Assembly (NCBI RefSeq): GCF_000702065.1
Contig: NZ_JNKN01000004.1
Location: 19,964 to 43,963 of the forward strand
Direction: 5' to 3'
Source: Kandleria vitulina DSM 20405
GTDB taxonomy: Bacteria > Bacillota_I > Bacilli_A > Erysipelotrichales > Coprobacillaceae
Length of the DNA stretch: 24,000 nt
Shown: positions 1 to 7,115 of the stretch, piece after piece
Position numbering within the stretch: position 1 is the stretch's first letter
How the letters are laid out: every line of letters starts with the position of its first letter
Position numbers and translations under genes: made by a program
Notes under the pieces: generated by a model
What the model was told of the DNA's origin: nothing
Database searches by the model: none
What the model saw: the letters and a program-made list of their open reading frames with translations, nothing else

Positions 1-1
1 T

Positions 2-289
2 CTTCCTCGCTTTGCGAAGTTCAAGGCTGAAGGATTGACATTCCTTGTGACACATGGTCAGTTCTATGGCTATTTTAAAAGAGAAAACTTGATGATGGTC
101 GATCTTAAGAAATATAGATGTGATGTCATGTTGTCAGGACATTCTCATATTCCTCACTATGCCAAGATTGGTGATTATCAATTCTTGAATCCAGGTTCTA
201 CTACATTGCCTAGAGGCGGTTCTGCCCGTGGGTATGCTGTGATTTATGTAGATGGAAAAAATCTTTCTTATGAATTCAAAGAACTTTAA
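2..289 (+). CDS. yfcE: Metallophosphoesterase, YfcE family (3' part; gene starts upstream of the window)
   Basis: The frame is open from the window edge (LPRFAKFKAEGLTFLVTHGQFYG...). It contains the calcineurin-like motifs 'THGQ' and 'LSGHSHIPHYAKIGDYQFLNPGSTTLPR', typical of YfcE/MJ0936-type phosphodiesterases. Confidence 0.85.
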   Translation, partial: LPRFAKFKAEGLTFLVTHGQFYGYFKRENLMMVDLKKYRCDVMLSGHSHIPHYAKIGDYQFLNPGSTTLPRGGSARGYAVIYVDGKNLSYEFKEL

Positions 290-297
290 AAAAGTTC

Positions 298-326
298 TTG
301 CATTATGATGGCGCCTATGTTATATT
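298..326 (+). promoter_or_regulatory. Putative promoter of tRNA-Arg copy 1 (TTGCAT-17 nt-TATATT)
   Basis: -35 at 298-303 and -10 at 321-326, about 30 nt upstream of the tRNA 5' end. Confidence 0.55.
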
Positions 327-355
327 ATGTGAGCAGTCCGGGAAGGACATAAGAA

Positions 356-432
356 GTCTACTTAGCTCAGCTGGATAGAGCACACGCCTTCTAAGCGTGC
401 GGTCGGGGGTTCGAATCCCTCAGTGGACGCCA
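356..432 (+). tRNA. tRNA-Arg (anticodon TCT), copy 1, encoded CCA
   Basis: 77 nt: GTCTACT...AGTGGAC acceptor stem, anticodon arm CACGC-CTTCTAA-GCGTG (anticodon TCT), T-arm GGGGGTTCGAATCCC, CCA at 430-432. Confidence 0.96.
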
Positions 433-442
433 TCTGAAAGCT

Positions 443-464
443 ACACCCTTCGGGGTGTTTTTTT
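443..464 (+). terminator. Rho-independent terminator after tRNA-Arg copy 1
   Basis: ACACCC-TTCG-GGGTGT followed by TTTTTT. Confidence 0.9.
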
Positions 465-589
465 CTTTTTGTAATATTATAGAGGAGAGCGGGTATTACT
501 TTACATTGAGTGTGTTGTTACGCTTGATCTATTAAATTAGGCATACTTAAAGTAGAATATATTTTTGACAAAATATTTACAATTTCTAC

Positions 590-618
590 TTGCAATGTAG
601 ATGCGGTGGTGTTATTAT
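590..618 (+). promoter_or_regulatory. Putative promoter of tRNA-Arg copy 2 (TTGCAA-17 nt-TATTAT)
   Basis: -35 at 590-595 and -10 at 613-618, at the same distance from the tRNA as in copy 1. Confidence 0.6.
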
Positions 619-647
619 ATGTGAGCAGTCCGGGAAGGACGTAAGAA

Positions 648-724
648 GTCTACTTAGCTCAGCTGGATAGAGCACACGCCTTCTAAGCGTGCGGTCGGGG
701 GTTCGAATCCCTCAGTGGACGCCA
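648..724 (+). tRNA. tRNA-Arg (anticodon TCT), copy 2, encoded CCA
   Basis: Identical to copy 1, offset by exactly 292 bp. Confidence 0.96.
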
Positions 725-734
725 TCTGAAAGCT

Positions 735-756
735 ACACCCTTCGGGGTGTTTTTTT
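735..756 (+). terminator. Rho-independent terminator after tRNA-Arg copy 2
   Basis: ACACCC-TTCG-GGGTGT plus T-run, identical to copy 1. Confidence 0.9.
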
Positions 757-881
757 CTTTTTGTAATATTATAGAGGAGAGCGGGTATTACTTTACATTG
801 AGTGTGTTGTTACGCTTGATCTATTAAATTAGGCATACTTAAAGTAGAATATATTTTTGACAAAATATTTACAATTTCTAC

Positions 882-910
882 TTGCAATGTAGATGCGGTG
901 GTGTTATTAT
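882..910 (+). promoter_or_regulatory. Putative promoter of tRNA-Arg copy 3 (TTGCAA-17 nt-TATTAT)
   Basis: -35 at 882-887 and -10 at 905-910, identical to copy 2. Confidence 0.6.
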
Positions 911-939
911 ATGTGAGCAGTCCGGGAAGGACGTAAGAA

Positions 940-1016
940 GTCTACTTAGCTCAGCTGGATAGAGCACACGCCTTCTAAGCGTGCGGTCGGGGGTTCGAAT
1001 CCCTCAGTGGACGCCA
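940..1016 (+). tRNA. tRNA-Arg (anticodon TCT), copy 3, encoded CCA
   Basis: Identical 77-nt sequence, again at a 292-bp offset. Confidence 0.96.
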
Positions 1017-1026
1017 TCTGAAATAT

Positions 1027-1048
1027 ACACCCTTCGGGGTGTTTTTTT
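1027..1048 (+). terminator. Rho-independent terminator after tRNA-Arg copy 3
   Basis: ACACCC-TTCG-GGGTGT plus T-run. Confidence 0.9.
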
Positions 1049-1059
1049 CTTATATGTAA

Positions 1060-1092
1060 AAAGCGTTCAATCATAAGATTGAACGTACTTTT
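1060..1092. terminator. Hairpin at the 3' end of the minus-strand ORF, possibly bidirectional
   Basis: Perfect CGTTCAATC-ATAA-GATTGAACG stem (1064-1085), with a T-run on both strands. It overlaps the stop codon of the minus ORF. Confidence 0.6.
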
Positions 1093-1586
1093 TTATTGAA
1101 TGAGAAGATATAGATGAGTGTGACTATTTCACTTAAGCCATTGATGCAGGCAAATGTACATAGGATGATTGTCATTAGGCTTATATAGACCATAAATCTT
1201 TTGATCAGCTCAATGCATAATGGCATCATCTTGTTTTTAAGAAGATTGAGTATGCTTATCTGCAATAAGAAGATAATGACAATTGGAAATAAAGATGTAT
1301 AGACATGAATGCGTGAGGCAAGATCCGCATTGTCTTTATAGATGATAAGTGATGATATACTTAAGGAGAGGGCACATAGTAATGAAATAAGAAGAAAAGT
1401 TTTCTTATGAGATACGATCTTTAGAAAGCTTAACTGCTGGTAGAATAAATACAATGCGATGAGGCATGTATAGATGAGGACAATAAGATGATACTTAGGT
1501 GAAGCTGATACAGAAGAGATATTCTTGAATAAAAGGCTCTGCCTTGAGGCAATGTAGATTGTCAATAATATAAAGATGTAATCCAT
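1071..1586 (-). CDS. Hypothetical multi-pass membrane protein (171 aa)
   Basis: Good SD on the minus strand (AAAGGAGTAACGC-ATG), several hydrophobic segments and a hairpin at the 3' end. No family recognised. Confidence 0.7.
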   Translation of the reverse strand: MDYIFILLTIYIASRQSLLFKNISSVSASPKYHLIVLIYTCLIALYLFYQQLSFLKIVSHKKTFLLISLLCALSLSISSLIIYKDNADLASRIHVYTSLFPIVIIFLLQISILNLLKNKMMPLCIELIKRFMVYISLMTIILCTFACINGLSEIVTLIYIFSFNKKVRSIL

Positions 1587-1674
1587 GCGTTACTCCTTTC
1601 ATTGTGATTTTACTATAAAAAGATGTAAACGGGAAGACTGTCTAGAAATTCATGAAACCCATAGGCTTAATACA

Positions 1675-1702
1675 TTGAGATAAAGCTAAAATGTGCTATA
1701 AT
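1675..1702 (+). promoter_or_regulatory. Putative promoter of the RNase J-family gene (TTGAGA-16 nt-TATAAT, extended -10)
   Basis: TTGAGA 1675-1680, TGCTATAAT with -10 at 1697-1702, about 36 nt before the ATG. Confidence 0.65.
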
Positions 1703-1737
1703 GTGTAAAAAGAAATTACATGAGAAAGGATTATTAG

Positions 1738-3432
1738 ATGAAAGATATAATAAAGTTTTTGGCGTTAGGAGGACAGGCTGAAAACGGAAAAAGCAATTAT
1801 TGTATTGAAATCAACGATAAGATTTTTATTGTAGATTCAGGTTTCCGTTTTCCAGACTCAGATAAATTGGGAGTTGATGTCATTATTCCTAGCTTTGAAT
1901 ATCTAGTTGAAAATAAAGAGAAGATTGCGGCAATCATAATTACGCATGGCCATGATGATGTAATGGCCAGTCTTCCATATTTGTTGAGGGATATTCATGA
2001 TGTACCTGTATATGCTCCAAATCTTACTGCTGATTTAATTGAAGAAATGATTGGCCGTTATGAAAGGCATAATAGAGTAAAACTTAACATGGATTTGCGT
2101 CGTGTTAAGAGAGATGCAACTATCAAGATCAAAGGTGTTGAGGTTGCGTTCTTCCCAGTGACACATTCCATTCCTGGGAGTGTTGGCGTTGCTTTCTGGA
2201 CAGATGCTGGCTATATTGTCTATGCGTCAGAATTCATTATTGATTTTGGTGCACCATTGGAATTTAGCTGCAATCTGCAGAAGATGATGGAAATCGGGAA
2301 ACGTGGTGTCTTGGCGCTTCTTGTTGAGTCATCTTATGCAAATAGATCAGGATATACTTCACCTAAGCATAAGTTGACTGATAAGATTGAACATATTTTT
2401 GAAGATGCAAAGGGACGCATCATCATTACGTCTTATGCTCAAAATATTTTCAGAACAAGAGAAATTGTTGAATTGACTAAGAAGTATGGTCGTAAGATTG
2501 TCTTTTATGGACGTGATAAATATGATCCTACCAACAGTATCTTAAGACTTGAGAAGAAGAGTCATAAGACTGGTATCAAGGTTGATCGTAAGGTGCTTGG
2601 CAAGAAGGAAAACATTGGCAAGTTCCCTAGAGATAATGGATATGTTATCTTGTTATCGGGCAGACCTCAGTCAATCTATAGTGATATTGATGATATTCTT
2701 GATGGTGGAGATGATCTTCTTAAGATAAGAAAGGGAGATACTTTCATTGTTGCTTCACCAGTTCTTCCTGGTACTGAAAAGATTGCTACGAGAGCAAGAA
2801 ATAATCTTTATCGTACTGAAGCTAATGTGGAAATTCTTAAGAGCAAGGAACTGTTATCAATGCATGCTTCTGAAGAAGATATCAAGGTTGTTATTCAGAT
2901 CTTTAAGCCTAAGTACTATATTCCAATCAAGGGTGATTATCGTGCCTTTGTCAACAATGCGATGGTTGCAAGGGATATGATGATTGATGAAGATAATATT
3001 ATCATTGCTGATAATGGTGAAACTCTTACTTTTAAAGGTGGAGAATTACAGAGCGGCAGAGGAAAAGTTGAAGTCAATGATGTCATGATTGACGGTAGCG
3101 GTATTGGTGATGTAGGAGCCAAGGTTATCGATGATCGTATTCAGCTTTCTAATGATGGTGTTGTCGTAGTTGGTGTCACTATTGATAAGAAGACAAAGAA
3201 AATCATTGCACAGACTGACTGTCAGACACGTGGTTTTGTCTACTTGAAGGATGCAAGCTATGTGATCAGAGAAGTCGTCAACATCTGTGAAAAGGCTGTT
3301 GCTACTTTAGAAAATGAACCTGAAACGGATATTCAGGATATTAGAAACATGATGCGTGAACAGAGCATGCGTTATATTGTAAAAGAAACAGGCAAGAAAC
3401 CAGTATTTATTGGGGTCGTTGTTGAAGTTTAA
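1738..3432 (+). CDS. rnjB: RNase J-family metallo-beta-lactamase/beta-CASP protein, RNase J2-like with degenerate catalytic motifs
   Basis: 564 aa with the RNase J architecture (GGxxExGK N-terminus, 'THGHDD', 'THSIPGSVGVAF', 'PKYYIPIKGDYRAF', 'DVMIDGSGIGDVG', 'DCQTRGFVYLKDA'). It sits immediately upstream of ftsK/spoIIIE, as rnjB (ymfA) lies near spoIIIE in B. subtilis. The J2 assignment is inferred. Confidence 0.85.
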   Translation: MKDIIKFLALGGQAENGKSNYCIEINDKIFIVDSGFRFPDSDKLGVDVIIPSFEYLVENKEKIAAIIITHGHDDVMASLPYLLRDIHDVPVYAPNLTADLIEEMIGRYERHNRVKLNMDLRRVKRDATIKIKGVEVAFFPVTHSIPGSVGVAFWTDAGYIVYASEFIIDFGAPLEFSCNLQKMMEIGKRGVLALLVESSYANRSGYTSPKHKLTDKIEHIFEDAKGRIIITSYAQNIFRTREIVELTKKYGRKIVFYGRDKYDPTNSILRLEKKSHKTGIKVDRKVLGKKENIGKFPRDNGYVILLSGRPQSIYSDIDDILDGGDDLLKIRKGDTFIVASPVLPGTEKIATRARNNLYRTEANVEILKSKELLSMHASEEDIKVVIQIFKPKYYIPIKGDYRAFVNNAMVARDMMIDEDNIIIADNGETLTFKGGELQSGRGKVEVNDVMIDGSGIGDVGAKVIDDRIQLSNDGVVVVGVTIDKKTKKIIAQTDCQTRGFVYLKDASYVIREVVNICEKAVATLENEPETDIQDIRNMMREQSMRYIVKETGKKPVFIGVVVEV

Positions 3433-3466
3433 AATAGAAGATGTGGGATGATCCACATCTTCTATT
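3433..3466 (+). terminator. Perfect 14-bp stem-loop after the RNase J-like gene (weak U-tract)
   Basis: AATAGAAGATGTGG-GATGAT-CCACATCTTCTATT. Confidence 0.55.
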
Positions 3467-3497
3467 CATTTGGTTTTATTATAGAAGGGGGAAAATC

Positions 3498-5798
3498 ATG
3501 GCTGCGAAAAAGAAAACGAATGCACGTAGAAAGTCGAATAAGAAAAAGACGACAAAGAAAAAAGCTCAGCCGATGTTGTCTGCATCATTAAAGCTGAGAC
3601 TGACAGCTTTGATTTTAGGATTTTTAACAGTTGTTGCTTATTTGAAGCTAGGCATTATTGGTGTGCTTTTGCATAGTGTTTTTGCCTTTTTCTTTGGCAA
3701 TGTACTTATTACGACAGCGTATATTCTGATACTTTTGATATTGCTTTATCTTTTGATAAATGCTCGTCTTCCTAAGATGAGTTCTCCTGAGGCGGTAGGA
3801 ATCATGATGATTTTCTTTTCCTCATTGATGATTTCTTGTTATGGCAAGAATGATCAGGGAATAAAGCTTATTATGACTTATCTTCAATCAGGTCATTATA
3901 TTCGAGGAGGCTTTATCGGTTATATCTTCTATGGTATTTTCTCAGCTCTTTTTGCACCGACTGGTGCTTTATGGGCTGGTATTCTCTTTATTATGATTGG
4001 TCTTGTTCTTTCTACTTTAAAGCTGTTTTTTAAGTATAAGGAATATAGCGAAAGAGAAAGTGAGATTATGGAGGAGGAAGAGGAAGAAAGTGCTCCTGGC
4101 AAGTTCTTTGATTTTCTTCATCGTGAAAAGAAGGAACGTGTCCTTTTCCCGGATCAGGCTTTTGAGGAGAAAGAAGAGAAGCCAGTTAAGGAATCAGTTA
4201 TGGATGCCTTTATTTTTGATGAGGAAGAGGAAGAAAAACCAGCATTGGAATTTGATGAGCCTTCAATGAGACTTGATATTAAAGATGATGTCAAGAAAGA
4301 AGAAAAGCCGATTATTCATAATGAGCCCGTCAAGACAAAGAAGGGCGATTATCAGCTTCCTTCTTATAAGCTTTTAAATCCTGTCAAGAATCAAAAGCAG
4401 GGCAATGATGAAATGCGTAATGCCAAGATTGTCGGTAAAAATCTAGAGGAATTGCTTAAACAGTTTGGCGTTAATGTTCACGTAGAAGATCTGATGATTG
4501 GTCCTACTGTCACAAAGTATGAGCTAAAGCTTGAAATTGGAACACGTGTCAATAAGATTCTTTCATTGCAGGATGATATCCAGTTGGCTTTAGCAGCCAA
4601 GGATATTCGTATTGAAGCACCGATTCCAGGTAAGCCATATGTTGGTATTGAAGTACCAAACAAGAATGCGGCGATGGTGCCTTATAATGAAATATTCCAG
4701 CAGTCCATGCATGACAAGAGCTGGGAAAACAAGACAGCTGTACCGTTAGGAAAAGATGTTTCTGGACAGCTTATCGTAGCGGAATTAAATAAGCTTCCTC
4801 ATTTGCTTGTTGCTGGGGCAACAGGTTCAGGGAAGTCGGTATGTGTAAACTCAATTATCACATCCATTCTTATGAAGGCGACACCTGATGAAGTTAAGCT
4901 AATTCTTGTCGATCCAAAGAAAGTAGAACTTTCTAACTACAATGGAGTGCCTCATCTTTTAGCACCGGTTGTCACTGATCCAAAGAAAGCAGCAGGGGTT
5001 CTTCAGGAAGTTGTTTCTGAGATGGAAAGACGTTATGAAGTGTTTGCGGCAAACAATAAGAGAAATATGGCAAGCTATAATAAGTTTGCCAAGGAACAAA
5101 ATGAAGCCAATGGCGATGATGCTATGGAGGTTATGCCTTATATCATTGTAATCTTGGATGAGGTGGCAGATCTTATGATGGTTGCCAGCAAGACGGTTGA
5201 AGACTGTATCATGCGTATTTCACAGATGGCGCGTGCTGCTGGTATTCATATGATTGTTGCAACACAGCGTCCTTCTACTGATATTATTACTGGTGTTATC
5301 AAGGCTAACATTCCTTCAAGAATTGCTTTTGCGGTTTCTTCTAGTATCGATTCACGTACTATTCTTGATACAAGCGGTGCCGAAAAACTTTTAGGAAAAG
5401 GGGATATGCTCTTTTCTCCTATGGGTTCTTCATCACCGATTCGAGTACAAGGTGCTTTTGTGGATGATGCAGAAGTGGCTAGAGTTGTTGATTTTGTATC
5501 TAACCAGATGGAAGCTGATTATGATGACAAGTATGTCAATGCTAAAGAGGCATCCAATGGTTCTAGCGGCAGTGAGTCCGGTGATGATCTTGATGAAGAA
5601 TATGAAGAATGTCGTGCTTTTGTTATTCAGATGCAAAAGGCAAGTACGTCTCTTCTTCAAAGAAAATTCAGAATTGGTTATAATAAAGCAGCAAGAATTA
5701 TTGATGAACTTGAGGCTAACGGAGTCATTGGTCCACAGATGGGATCTAAGCCTAGAGAGGTTTATATTAAGAGTTATAGTGAAGAAGATGAAAATTAA
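3498..5798 (+). CDS. ftsK: DNA translocase FtsK/SpoIIIE
   Basis: Four N-terminal hydrophobic segments, Walker A 'VAGATGSGKSVCVN', Walker B 'YIIVILDEVADLMM', and a C-terminal gamma domain 'LLQRKFRIGYNKAARIIDELEANGVIGP'. The start is moved from 3441 to 3498 because an AGAAGGGGG SD precedes 3498 and the earlier ATG lies inside the hairpin. Confidence 0.96.
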   Translation: MAAKKKTNARRKSNKKKTTKKKAQPMLSASLKLRLTALILGFLTVVAYLKLGIIGVLLHSVFAFFFGNVLITTAYILILLILLYLLINARLPKMSSPEAVGIMMIFFSSLMISCYGKNDQGIKLIMTYLQSGHYIRGGFIGYIFYGIFSALFAPTGALWAGILFIMIGLVLSTLKLFFKYKEYSERESEIMEEEEEESAPGKFFDFLHREKKERVLFPDQAFEEKEEKPVKESVMDAFIFDEEEEEKPALEFDEPSMRLDIKDDVKKEEKPIIHNEPVKTKKGDYQLPSYKLLNPVKNQKQGNDEMRNAKIVGKNLEELLKQFGVNVHVEDLMIGPTVTKYELKLEIGTRVNKILSLQDDIQLALAAKDIRIEAPIPGKPYVGIEVPNKNAAMVPYNEIFQQSMHDKSWENKTAVPLGKDVSGQLIVAELNKLPHLLVAGATGSGKSVCVNSIITSILMKATPDEVKLILVDPKKVELSNYNGVPHLLAPVVTDPKKAAGVLQEVVSEMERRYEVFAANNKRNMASYNKFAKEQNEANGDDAMEVMPYIIVILDEVADLMMVASKTVEDCIMRISQMARAAGIHMIVATQRPSTDIITGVIKANIPSRIAFAVSSSIDSRTILDTSGAEKLLGKGDMLFSPMGSSSPIRVQGAFVDDAEVARVVDFVSNQMEADYDDKYVNAKEASNGSSGSESGDDLDEEYEECRAFVIQMQKASTSLLQRKFRIGYNKAARIIDELEANGVIGPQMGSKPREVYIKSYSEEDEN

Positions 5799-5813
5799 TT
5801 TCATCTTCTTTTT
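5782..5813 (+). terminator. Rho-independent terminator overlapping the 3' end of ftsK
   Basis: AAGAAGATGAAA-ATTAA-TTTCATCTTCTT followed by TTT. The 5' arm encodes the last codons. Confidence 0.75.
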
Positions 5814-5927
5814 CCGCTTTATTCGATAATTTTTTATAGATTTTTTTAAATGGTAAAAAAATACTCTTTTAAATCTAAATATGAGGTGGTATTATGTGTA
5901 TAGATCATTCGAAAGGGGAAAGAGTTT

Positions 5928-7010
5928 ATGAAAAAATTGATTGCATCTTTGATGGTACTTTCAATGGTACTTGTGGGATGTAGCGGTTCTAACAAGAAAA
6001 CAGAAATCGCACTTATTACTGATTCAGGAGGAATTAATGACAAGTCATTCAACCAGTCTGCTTGGGAAGCTGTAAAAGAATACGGCGAAAAGAATGACAA
6101 AGGCTATAAGTACTATAAGCCAGCATCATTCGATGATGAAGGTTATAAGAAACAGATCAAGAGCGCTGTAAAGAATGGTGCTAAGATCGTAGTTTTACCT
6201 GGTTTCAAATTTGCAAATGCAATGGGAGATATCCAGGAAGATAAGACTTATAAAGATGTAAAGTTTGTATGTATCGATTTCACTCCAACTAAGAAGGATG
6301 CAGCAGTTGATCCTGCAGAAAATGTATACTGCGCTTCTTATAAGGAACAGCAGCCAGGTTACTTAGCTGGATATGCCGCTGTAAAAGATGGTTATACTAA
6401 GCTTGGTTTCATGGGTGGTATCTCATTACCAGCAGTAATCAACTATGGTTATGGTTACTTACAGGGTGCAAATGATGCAGCTAAAGAATTAAACAAAAAA
6501 ATTACTGTTAACTATACTTACACTGGTACATTCAACGAATCTCCATCAATTAAGACTCAGGCTACTGCTTGGTACAATGGTGGAACAGAAATTATCTTCT
6601 CTTGTGGTGGACAGATCTGTAACTCAGTATTTGCGGCTGCTGAAGATACTAAGAAATTCTCAATTGGTGTCGACAGTGACCAGAAAGATGATTCTAAGAC
6701 AGTTGTTACATCTGCATTAAAGAACGTTAAACAGACTGTTGCTGATCAGATTACAGCAGTTTATGATAATAAGTTCAAAGGTGGGGCTTATGTTCTTGAT
6801 GCTTCTGGAAGCTATATTGGTTTATCTTCTGATTTCTCAAGATTTAAGACTTTCAAAAAAGCTGACTACGAAGCTGAATATGCTAAGATTAAAGATGGTA
6901 CTACAAAGATCTTAACTCATTCTGATGATGAATCAGCAAAAGGTAACCCAAATAAAACTGTTAAATTAAAAGCTGCTTTAACTAATGTAACAGTTAAATT
7001 TGAAGGATAA
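5928..7010 (+). CDS. BMP-family ABC transporter substrate-binding lipoprotein (nucleoside/purine type)
   Basis: Lipoprotein signal peptide MKKLIASLMVLSMVLVGCSG; BMP-family features 'IALITDSGGINDKSFNQSAWEAVKEYGEKN' and 'FVCIDFTP'; SD AAAGGGGAAAGAG; followed by an ATPase and two permeases. Confidence 0.92.
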   Translation: MKKLIASLMVLSMVLVGCSGSNKKTEIALITDSGGINDKSFNQSAWEAVKEYGEKNDKGYKYYKPASFDDEGYKKQIKSAVKNGAKIVVLPGFKFANAMGDIQEDKTYKDVKFVCIDFTPTKKDAAVDPAENVYCASYKEQQPGYLAGYAAVKDGYTKLGFMGGISLPAVINYGYGYLQGANDAAKELNKKITVNYTYTGTFNESPSIKTQATAWYNGGTEIIFSCGGQICNSVFAAAEDTKKFSIGVDSDQKDDSKTVVTSALKNVKQTVADQITAVYDNKFKGGAYVLDASGSYIGLSSDFSRFKTFKKADYEAEYAKIKDGTTKILTHSDDESAKGNPNKTVKLKAALTNVTVKFEG

Positions 7011-7020
7011 GAACAAGTGG

Positions 7021-7051
7021 AAAAGAACGTGTAAGCGTTCTTTTCTTTTTT
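7021..7051 (+). terminator. Intra-operon terminator or attenuator between the lipoprotein and ATPase genes
   Basis: AAAAGAACG-TGTAAG-CGTTCTTTT followed by CTTTTTTT. Confidence 0.8.
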
Positions 7052-7115
7052 TAATAAAAATTTCTTTATTTTAAAGCTATTTCATGTATAATTGTTTGGA
7101 AGAGGTGAAGGAAGA

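Larger units (their letters stand above)
350..1050 (+). repeat. Tandem 292-bp repeat array: two perfect units (350-641, 642-933) and a partial third (934-about 1050)
   Basis: Direct comparison: 350-641 and 642-933 appear identical base for base, including a 215-bp spacer. The third unit matches until 1024-1025, and homology stops just after the terminator T-run. Confidence 0.93.

Noticed and set aside
350-1050. Regularly spaced repeats that might suggest a CRISPR-like or integron-like array
   Set aside because: The 292-bp period is fully explained by duplicated promoter-tRNA-terminator units. Spacers are identical rather than unique, and there are no cas or integrase genes.
2747-2980. ORF of 77 aa inside the RNase J-like gene (+), plus the antisense ORF 2937-3122
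   Set aside because: Alternate-frame and antisense ORFs within a well-supported CDS, with no recognised homology.
5433-5804. 123-aa antisense ORF and 125-aa alternate-frame ORF (5452-5829) at the ftsK 3' end
   Set aside because: Both overlap the conserved ftsK C-terminal region. The protein sequences are low-complexity shadows with no recognised domain.
5799-5927. Purine or other riboswitch upstream of the BMP transporter operon
   Set aside because: I looked for known aptamer cores and clear helices and saw none. The region is AT-rich and short. An Rfam search would be needed to exclude it fully.
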